Positions 10,188 to 20,258 of a DNA stretch of 64,000 nt are shown here, piece by piece (position 1 is the first letter of the stretch; each line of letters opens with the position of its first letter). The translations under genes and the position numbers were made by a program. Source of the DNA: Anthoceros angustus (Eukaryota > Plantae > Anthocerotophyta); contig VJWM01000117.1 of NCBI GenBank assembly GCA_010909165.1, positions 682,001 through 746,000 of the forward strand, written 5' to 3'. A model generated the notes under the pieces. It saw only the letters and a program-made list of their open reading frames with translations. It ran no database searches and was not told the DNA's origin.

Positions 10188-11400
10188 GACTATAATTATA
10201 ATATATTCTTCTTCTTCTTCTTCCAAGTTCCCTTTGGCATTTGTCTGCAGGTGTACCATAACCCAGCCGTTCAGCATTAGACTTTCATGGGCTTTCCCAA
10301 TTCATCTCCACTGGCGTTCGTCCAATTCAACAGCGCAATTCGACGAATCTTGTGGTAATAGTGAATTCGGTTTGAAGTACCTAATATTCGGATTGGAGCA
10401 GTAAATTGAATAGAGTGAAAATTATATCGGGTCACTTCGCTATCTTCCAATATTTCTTGATTTCTTGAGGCAAGTCATCAACTTCATTTGGGATTTATTT
10501 CTTGCATGCATTGGTCACTCAGTATCACCCAGCATCTCGTTTGGGCAAGCCGGCAGTTCCATTTGGTCCCTTGTTTTTCGCGTGCTATTGACCCTTAACC
10601 CCATATGGATCGTGGGACTCAAATTGTATCTATGGGTGTGTTGAGTCTATAAATTTTTAAAATTCCAGCATTTTTCAAAGTGGATCTAATAACCATTTTG
10701 TTCCTCGTGTCTTGATCTACCCATCTCCTATTTTCAAAAAAATAATTGAAACAAAAAAATTGAAAAGAATCTCATTCTAAACTCGGTTGGGTCTCCAAAC
10801 CCACGGTGACAAGTGGTAGCAAGTGCGTTTTCAGTTGGAATGGCTGTCCGCACATTGTGCACTCATTATTAGGCTACGCCACATTTTGCATTGTGGGAAA
10901 GCCAGCAAACCAAATGTTGCCAGGGATTCCCGATCTTCCCGTGTCATTGGCACTTCGTTCATGCCCCAACGGCAAGGGGTCTCAATACAAAGTGCATGGG
11001 CCAGATATGCACCCATGGTTTGCGTCATGTGGGTTTCACTGGAGCACAACACAATTGTAGTTGGACGATGCTTGACGATTCTCGACATTTCTGTTGACAT
11101 TTGAAGGACATGGAGGCTGTGAGTGGTTGCAATTTTTGGTGAGGATGTGTAGCAACCTGTTTTCTTCTCCATGGTGAAAGGGCAAGACCAGTCTGTTCTG
11201 CAGCTGAGAGATGTGGTCTTATGTGTTCGGTTGAGGAAACATCGTGGACAAGACAATGGGCTTGGGTTTATATCTAGTTTTTTCCATGGTTTTCCAGTGC
11301 TAATTCTATCATAAACGAAAAGAAACGTCAAACACATTTTTTTTCAAAAACGTAGTCGGCTCATTTGGGGTTAACCCCGTTAACACTCTCTCTCCTGGGT

Positions 11401-12138
11401 GACCTAGTGGCTCCGTACGGGCCCCAGTGACCTTTACGATCACCTGGTGCCCCGCTCACTGTCACCTCTCTCTCCTAGCTCTTTGTCAATCTCTCTCCCC
11501 GACCCGCTCTACTCTTTCCTCGCCACAACCCGTCCTCAGGCTGAGGGTTTCTTCAAGTCGGGTGGTACCATGCTTAGGGTTGCGCAATTGAGCCTTCTTT
11601 GCTCTAAGAAGCGCTTGGCATTGGCTACCACCGTCACTGAAATGCTTAGCTTCAGCGCAGGAGAAACCAGACATGAGGTTAATGTGAAAAAAGAACCTCC
11701 ACATCCACACTATATAGTTAGAGTACGAAAAAAACCGCAATGGAGGTGGTGGAGGTATCACATATCATTTGTGGAAGCCGTCATGGTGGCTAAGGCACCC
11801 TCGCATCCCAACCCTACATATATATAATGAAGGAATGTAGGTCCTCAGGCACCACTGTGATCCCCAAGAATTCAAATGTGTACATCAGGGGAAAACCCCA
11901 CGGCTTGAGGACGCGTACAATCGGGGAAAGACAAGCTGTGAAGGCGGGTCAAGGAGAGAGACTTTGTGACCGGGAGGAGGTCCTTGGGGCACCGGGTAAT
12001 CGAAAGCGGGGCATCGGGTCACCATAAGGGTGACTGCGAGCGAGGCACCAAGTGATCGATTACGGTCACCAGTGCCCATATGGGGGGACCCCGTTCACGA
12101 GGTCTCCCGCACCTGGGACGGTACGGAGCCACTAGGTC
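11401..12138. mobile_element. Foldback / possible non-autonomous MULE-like element
   Basis: gacctagtggctccgtac (11401-11418) is the exact reverse complement of 12121-12138. A second imperfect IR pair lies at 11427-11459 / 12036-12069. ctctcctgg occurs as a direct repeat on both flanks (11390-11398, 12145-12153). Confidence 0.5.
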
Positions 12139-12559
12139 CTCCCCCTCTCCTGGCCTGCGTGCATCGTCTTCTCTCCTTTCTCATGTCATATGACATTAAT
12201 TTGAGCAATTGGGTTTAGTGTTTGATTAGTATTAATTAATCTAGCTCCTGTCCTTAGTCAGTATGGAGCATGTGCAAAAGTTCTCACTGACGAGGGCAAA
12301 GAATTTTGTAGAGAATTTCAAGACTTTCTTAACAGGAGCTTGATTGATCATCAACAGACGTCGAGAGATCATCCTCAAGCCGATGGCCTTGCTGAACGCT
12401 TGGTGCAGACCTTCAAGCGAGCCTTGCGGAAATATTATCTCACGAATGACCCGAAGACATGGGACGAAGATATGCTGTACCTAGTGCTAGGGTACAAGGT
12501 GAACAATCAACCAGCCTTGAGCAACTTTTCGCCATACTACTCGTTGTATGGGCGATAAC

Positions 12560-15500
12560 CAGGGTGTCATTTTGACCCCGTCAAAAGCTCGGTCCCGGTC
12601 CCGGCATGTGTTAAAAAAAACATGGGACCGGAGGTTCTTCAGGAGTCCGATCCACACCCTCGGTCCCCGAAAAGATAGGGGACCGAGGGTTCATAAAAGG
12701 TCCGGTTTAAAATTAGTAAATTACTTAATTTTATATCCAAGGATTTATATTTATTATGGACACATGGACCCATCTTATAATTGGTATGGTCATAAAGACA
12801 CTTACCATGGATCTATGGGCTATGTCTTTATTTATCTAATACCATCCATGGCCTATTAATACAGCCTTTATTCTATGAGATTTTATTAGCTTATTTTGAT
12901 ACATCTATAAAAAGTAGATATGTAATATTTTGCTTTGAATGTAGTTATTAATGTATACAATAATTTGTTGATATGCACGCTCATCCATGAAGATGGACTA
13001 AGATATGGTATCTCAACCATAGGCTTACATAGGACTCTTATCCTATTATGCTATGAATAGACACCCTTCAAGAGTACATAAGGCCACAACACTAGCATTT
13101 GGAGCATCACTCATTGTTGCTCTCCTCATTGTGGTGTGCTTGTTATTTTTCTTTCTTGCTTCTTATTCTTCTTCCTTGCTCCTTGTTGTTCTTTCTTGGT
13201 AAGGGCTCTTCTTTTTTAGAGCTCATCTCTTTTGAGCTCTTTAGGTTTAGAGTTCATTTTGTTTGAGCTCATCTCTTTTAAGCTCTTCTCTTTTAAAGCT
13301 TTGTTTTTGGCTCTTCATTGCTATATTAATTTTTTAAAAATTTGCGGTAAAGATGGCTCATTTTCTCAAAGTTCAGATCCGGGTTTTTGGAGGGCTCCAC
13401 GTGATGACCAAACAAGGAGTGGCGACAATAGCCAAACAAGCCAACCGAGTCAAAAGAGACAAAAGGTGCAAAAGGCAAGAGTCTTCAAGGAAGAATGGAA
13501 GGTTGCATTTCATTGGGTGGAGTTGCGCTCAATCAATGGAGAGAATCGAATGTTTTGTGTTGTTTGTGAAAAACATGGTCATGGTGTAGTGGGACAAGCT
13601 AAGGCTGCGACTCAAGCTTGGGTAAAAGTTGGCAGTCAGAACTTTCAGAAGAGTGCATTGGAGGACCATGCAAGGAGTACATATCATTTAGCGTCACTGA
13701 AGATGGAGCAAGCCCAAGCCAAGGCTCAACAACCAACCATGCAACGAACTTTGGAAATGCATTTTTCCAAAAAGGATAAGGAGATTCTCAACTTGTTGAA
13801 GTTCGCTTATTTCATTGCTAAGAAGGATTTGAGTTTCCATATGTACGAGGACCTTTGTGAGTTCATGGGGGATATTGGAGTGGAAGGCATTCCAGAGGTG
13901 AAGACATATGGTTCATATCTTACGAGATAGTGCTTGCAAGGAGCATGTGGTTCTCATAGCCAATTTTTTACGCGAACAACAGAAGGAGAGGTTGCGTGCA
14001 AGTCCATGGTATGGGATACTCATAGATGAGGGGACAGACAAGGCGATGGTGCAACACATAATTATTTATGTGTATTATTTGCATAATGGGACGGTACGAA
14101 CGGAGTTTTTGAAGCTAGCCAACATAACAAGTGCACGTGCGGAAGGGATCTTCAACGCCTTGGTTGAGCAATTGCAACTCTTTGATCTGGACATCAAAAA
14201 ATGAGTGGATTTGCAAGCGATGGAGCATCACATGATTGGCAAGGGGAAGGCCAAGGAGATCACAATGTTGTGAAGTTTGCGGAATGTGAATCCGTATTTT
14301 GCTCAAACTCATTGTGTTGCTCACGGCTTTGCTTGCAGAGGCGATCCAAGGTTCCGACTTTGAGGTGGCGGACAAGATTGTCAAGAAATTGCGCTCTTCA
14401 TCATTCAAGTAAGAAGACTACGACTTTTGCGTGAATTGCAAGTGCAATTAGAAATGCAAGTCTTAAGCATGTGGTTCTCATAGCCAATTTTTTACGCGAA
14501 CAACGGAGAGGTTGCGTGCAAGTCCATGGTATGATACTCATAGATGAGGGGAGACAAGGCGATGGTGCAACACATAATTATTTATGTATTATTTGCATAA
14601 TGGGGGATGCAACGGAGTTTTGAAGCTAGCCAACATAACAAGTGCACGTGGAAGGGATCTTCAACGCCTTGGTTGAGCAATTGCAACTCTTTGATCGGAC
14701 ATCAAAAAATGAGTGGATTTGCAAGCGATGGAGCATCGATCATGATTGGCAAGGGGAAGGCCATCACAATGTTGTGAAGTTTGCGGAATGTGAATCCGTA
14801 TTTTGCTCAAACTCATTGTGTTGCTCACCGGCTTGCAGAGGCGATCCAAGGTTCCGACTTTGAGGTGGCGGACAAGATTGTCAAGAAATTGCGCTCTTCA
14901 TCATTCAAGTAAGAAGACTACGGCTTTGCGTGAATTGCAAGTGCAATTAGAAATGCAAGTCTTAATCAGAATTCATGATGTCCGTTGGTTGTCTAGAGGT
15001 CAAGCCATAAGTAGAATAGTTTGTCTATTACCAGCTTTACTTAAATTTGCTCAAGAGGATGAGAGCCTAAATTGGCCAAAAGCCAATAAGGGTCCAAGTA
15101 GTTCTTCTTCTTTGCAGGGAAGACTGTCTTCCAAGCTTTACTAACTACTAAGGCCTTGTTTTCATTTCACTTTTTATCGATATTTTAGAGGTCCTTAATT
15201 CCTTGAATACTAACTTTCAACGTGATTATCTGGAGCCGTTAGCATAGCTCCCTCATAGATTCTGTTGTTGAACAGTCAAAAGTATGTATAAAGTTGATAG
15301 GGTGAGTATGGGAAGTAGAAAGCTTTTCTTTCATTGAAAACTTGAAAAAAGTCATGGAGTGTATGAGGGTTTTGTAATATCGACTACTGAAAGTGAACTA
15401 AGTTCTTGCATTGCTAGTGCTAACAAATATGCTTTAGCTGTTGTTGATGCAATGAATAATAAGTTTCCTGATCTTTGTGTGTTGCATGCTTGTCGTCTAT

Positions 15501-16141
15501 TCATCCTAAATTTTATCCACGAAGATGCGGATGAGCATACATTAGTTAATAGTTTGTTAGAGGTATTGTTGAAAAAGTTTGGAACTAACTCTTTGGATGC
15601 AAATACTAATGTTGTCGACCCTTTTGTAGTTGATGAGGTGTGTCAAGCTGAGTTGCTAACATTTGTGTCCATCTTGAAGTCTTCTTGTGCTGGATTGAGT
15701 ATGTTAGCAGCTTACAAAATATACTCAACAACTCGGGAGTGGGTAGTACTGACACCCTCTATGTTACGTCTTTGGGAATTATGTTTGGTCATACCTTGTA
15801 GTACTGCTATATGTGAGCGGGGATTTTCTAAACAAAACTTTGTGATGAATAACATGAGAACTAATCTTAATATTTTGACCCTTGATGCATTGATGAGTAT
15901 ATCCATCAATGGTCCGCCTGTTAAGGAGATAGATTGGAATGGTATTTTTAAAGCTTGGAAAGACCAGCCCCGACGATAGAATATACTAGACATTTGTATT
16001 TTATATTATAATTTATAATTTATTTATTTATTTATTATATTTTAGTGACCAAGGGTCGCAAAGGCACTCCACTGTCCGGGACCGAGCGTAGCTAAACTAG
16101 CGGTCCGGGACCGAGCTAGTACTCGGTCAAAATGACACTCG
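12560..16141 (+). mobile_element. hAT-superfamily DNA transposon (ZNF862/TTF-zinc-finger type transposase, frameshifted)
   Basis: TIR CAGGGTGTCATTTTGACC / GGTCAAAATGACAC(C)CTG. 8-bp TSD GCGATAAC at 12552-12559 and 16142-16149. Subterminal GGTCCC/GGGACC repeats. ORF pieces: FKEEW..FCVVC..H zinc finger, YGILIDEGTD, and the dimerisation motif IPCSTAICERGFSKQN. Confidence 0.92.
13942..14965. repeat. Tandem duplication (~520/500 bp) inside the hAT transposase
   Basis: agcatgtggttctcatagcc starts both copies (13942, 14466); the copies differ by many 1-4 nt indels. Confidence 0.85.
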
Positions 16142-18656
16142 GCGATAACCATTTTACCGACGCGGCAAGCAATGCTACAAGCCTGCATACGCTATCCAAC
16201 TACGAGACTGGAAAGGCGGGTAGAGCTTTTCAGATGGATCATGTCCATGGCAATGGAGAACCTTGTCATAACGCAGCACAGGGATCAAATGCGCTATGCT
16301 TACACAAGAGGAGGGACATGGGCACCCAAGGTACCCGAGTTCAAAGTTGGAAACTATATCTAGCTAGCTGCATCAGAAGCCAGCCAACACCTTGGAGGTA
16401 TCCACCAGTAAAGTCATCTTGCGGGTCGCGTAAGTAGGCAAAGATGGAGTGCTTGAGCTTGAAGAATTCGATGGTCGAAGATGGAAGGATCACCTCAAGA
16501 CCAGCGCACCATGCCACTTACCCAATTTGGACCTCAAATTCCGCCTACAATGTGGCGTCCACCCAAAGACTTAGAGTGTCAGGTTTGTGGACATACTGAT
16601 GATGATGATGTGATGCTTCTTTGTGATTAGTGCAAATGAGGATACTATATGTTTTGTGTTTAGCCACTTCAGGATGAGGTTCCCGAAGAAGATTGGTTTT
16701 GTGCACAATACGCTACATAAGGTGCGTACGTGTGTAGTGCTACTAATAATAATGTTTTGACTTGGAGTCTCACATTATCAAGGGGGGATTGGTTTGCACC
16801 TATATTTACATATTAGATTTGTTTTGCTTAGTTGTCTGTTGAGGAAGTGCTCACATGAATTCAAGTACTTACCTCGTGAGATAGCTGTCATGCCGTGTGA
16901 CACTAATCTGAGCGTTTGGTTTTAGTGGCTGATTAGTGTTAATTAATCTAATTAATTGTTTTAATAAGTAATTAATATTAATTAATTCATTAATTAGTGT
17001 TAAATGAACATTGTTAGCAATAGCTAAGTGGATAAACACAAGTAATATGCTTTAGGATATTTTTTTATTATAGTGTATTTTTAAGATATTTCCGCATATA
17101 TGCTAATGCTAATAAGATATCTTAAGAGAATATGCATGCCCAAGACTAGTATATATACCCTTTCATAGAGGACAAGCTCATATCATGGTTTTGTTCTCTA
17201 GATATGCAAGATACAAGAGCGATGTGAGGAAGTCAAAGGTATGACCAGGAAGCATGTGAGGAATATTTTGACCCTTGATGCATTGATGAGTATATCCATC
17301 AATGGTCCTACTGTAAGGAGAGATAGATTGAATGGTATTTTTAAAGCTTGGAAAGACCAGCCCGACGATAGAATATACTAGACATTTGTATTTTTATATT
17401 ATAATTTATAATTTATTTATTTATTTATTATATTTAGTGACCAAGGGTCGCAAAAAGGCACGGTCCCTACTCGGTCCGGGACCGAGCGTAGCTAGGCTAG
17501 GCGGTCCCGGGAACCGAGCTAGTACTCGGTCAAAATGACACCCTGGCGATAACCATTTTTACCGAATGCGAAGCAAGCAATGCTACAAGCACCAGTGCAT
17601 TGGCGCTATCCAACTACGAGACCTGGAAAGGCGGGTAGAGCTTTTCAGATGGATCATGTCCATGGCAATGGAGAACCTTGTCATAACGCAGCACAGGGAT
17701 CAAATGCGCTATGCTTACACAAGAGGAGGGACATGGGCACCCAAGGTACCCGAGTTCAAAGTTGGAAACTATATCTAGCTAGTCGCATGGTTGACCAACA
17801 CCTTGGAGGTATCCACCAGTAAAGTCATCTTGCGGGTCGCGTAAGTAGGCAAAGATGGAGTGCTTGAGCTTGAAGAATTCGATGGTCGAAGATGGAAGGA
17901 TCACCTCAAGACCAGCACCATGCCACTTACCCAATTTGGACCTCAAATTCGCCTACAATGTCCCACCCAAAGACTTAGAGTGTTTGTGGACATACCGATG
18001 ATGATGATGTGATGCTTCTTTGTGATTAGTGCAAATGAGGATACTATATGTTTTGTGTTTAGCCACTTCAGGATGAGGTTCCCGAAGAAGATTGGTTTTG
18101 TGCACAATACGCTACATAAGGTGCGTACGTGTGTAGTGCTACTAATAATAATGTTTTGACTTGGAGTCTCACATTATCAAGGGGGGATTGGTTTGCACCT
18201 ATATTTACATATTAGATTTGTTTTACTGTATTTGCATTTTGTTCTGTGAGGAAGTGCTCACATGAATTCAAGTACTTACCTCGTGAGATAGCTGTCATGC
18301 CGTGTGACACTAATCTGAGCGTTTGGTTTTAGTGGCTGATTAGTGTTAATTAATCTAATTAATTGTTTTAATAAGTAATTAATATTAATTAATTCATTAA
18401 TTAGTGTTAAATGAACATTGTTAGCAATAGCTAAGTGGATAAACACAAGTAATATGCTTTAGGATATTTTTTTTATTATAGTGTATTTTTAAGATATTTC
18501 CGGCATATATGCTAATGCTAATAAGATATCTTAAGAGAATATGCCGATGCCCAAGACTAGTATATATACCCTTTCATAGAGGACAAGCTCATATCATAGT
18601 TTGTTCTCTAGATATGCAAGATACAAGAGCGATGTGAGGAAGTCAAAGGTATGACC
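15869..18656. repeat. Tandem duplication (~1393 bp) covering the hAT right end, integrase-PHD and LTR-like sequence
   Basis: aatattttgacccttgatgc starts at 15869 and 17262. A second hAT right TIR plus TSD is present at about 17528-17553. Confidence 0.88.
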
Positions 18657-18760
18657 CCGAGAGCACTGTGTGAGGAATTTGCATTTTGTTCTCGTGGGGA
18701 GAGTGTGTTTGTGTCACGATGTGCGAGCTACTCTCAGCTCCTATTCTTATTGATTTGCGC

Positions 18761-19088
18761 CTATATTTGCATATTAGATTTGTTTTGCACCTATATTTGC
18801 ATATTAGATTTGTTTTGCACCTATATTTGCATATTAGATTTGTTTTGCACCTATATTTGCATATTAGATTTGTTTTGCACCTATATTTGCATATTAGATT
18901 TGTTTTGCACCTATATTTGCATATTAGATTTGTTTTGCACCTATATTTGCATATTAGATTTGTTTTGCACCTATATTTGCATATTAGATTTGTTTTGCAC
19001 CTGTATTTGCATATTAGATTTGTTTTGCACCTATATTTGCATATTAGATTTGTTTTGCACCTATATTTTCATATTAGATTTGTTTTGC
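18761..19088. repeat. 30-bp minisatellite, ~11 copies, within LTR-like sequence
   Basis: Unit ctatatttgcatattagatttgttttgcac; a single copy of the same unit occurs at ~16799 in the Gypsy LTR-like region. Confidence 0.92.
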
Positions 19089-20258
19089 TTGGTTATCTGT
19101 TGAGGAAGTGTTCATATGAATGCAAGTACTTTTTACAAAGTCGGAGGTCAATGATTTTTTTATACTGCAAGTGGGGCAAGGAAGGTGTCGCACGAGGAGA
19201 TTTCCGCTCATGAGCCACCTGAGATTCATGATAGTGTGCAAGAAGTGGCGTTGTTTGTTGTCCGACCTGCGTTCACTAGCTGAAAATGACAATATCGATA
19301 TTTCTCCTCCTCCTTACGTGGCCCGAGTCTGGACTATCCGGTGGAGAGCTGTGTTGCCCTAGTCCGACCTCGGGCCACAAATTTGATCATCCTTCCTACC
19401 ATTAGACCATTTGGACTGGCAGGCGGCGTCCTCATTCTTGACAGCGGAAGCATTCATATGGTGAGGCATGCTTAGGGATCTGCAACCTATCAGGGAGAAT
19501 CATCTTTAAAGATTCACCTCCAACAACAATTCTAACAAGCTGAAAATCATAAAATAAATCAAAACACACCTAATGCAAATACATATAGATCCGGGCTTGT
19601 TTTCATCCTTGGACGCCAATTTGTGGCCGACTGAGGTAGTGCACCAACTCTAGCTTTCAAATTTAGGTTGCACTAGCTCCTCCAACTACTTTACCCGATT
19701 GCAAAATCAAAGTTTCGTGTTGCTTCTTGTTGCTTCGTGTTGCTTCTTGTTTTTTTGAATCAGGAATTGCACAGCCCGTTGTCTATGTGGTAACATAATT
19801 CTCTCCTTCGATAAAGAGTCGGGCACATTCTCGAGTTTACTGCAAACTTTGATCTTATCTAGTGCACTTTTCCTATGGGTTTGACATTTATGGCAAAGAG
19901 AGACAAAAGGACTTAAAGTATGAGTGCAGGTAGAGCACTAGCACTCCCACTCAATGTACGCGTGCATCCAAGTCGAGAGAATAGACCACGATAGGATAGT
20001 CGGTAGCTTTGTGTGTTATAATGTAGCTGTTACAAGCTGCAAGTTTTCAGGGGACTGCCGAAGTGGCGGTCAAATTCCAGCGATGCCCGGGTCTGCCTAG
20101 CAGCGGGGAGATCCCACGCCTACCGGTGTTTTCTTGGAATGGGATGTGGATTTCGAAAGCCATCACCCCCGCCCACTCGAGGGTAGCTCGTTCGGGGACC
20201 CCTTCAGAGGAGGCACCCCTTGAGACGAACGCCACCCTGGCTACTTCTGCATTTGTTC

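Larger units (their letters stand above)
12259..17250 (+). mobile_element. Degenerate Ty3/Gypsy retrotransposon 3' part: integrase with C-terminal PHD finger, PPT and LTR-like sequence, interrupted by a hAT element
   Basis: KVLTDEGKEF..HPQADGLAERLVQTFK (integrase core, 12259-12559). The frame resumes after the hAT TSD (from 16150) and ends in CQVCG..DDVMLLCD*C..GYY.FC..PL..VPEEDWFC. A purine tract agggggga lies at 16781-16788. Confidence 0.8.

Noticed and set aside
10200-11340. Possible degenerate transposase or zinc-finger sequence on the minus strand
   Set aside because: Only vague Cys/His patterns with stops in all frames; cannot be assigned.
18651-19213. 150-175 aa ORFs (CTYICILDLF)n / (LHLYLHIRFV)n
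   Set aside because: Translations of a 30-bp minisatellite.
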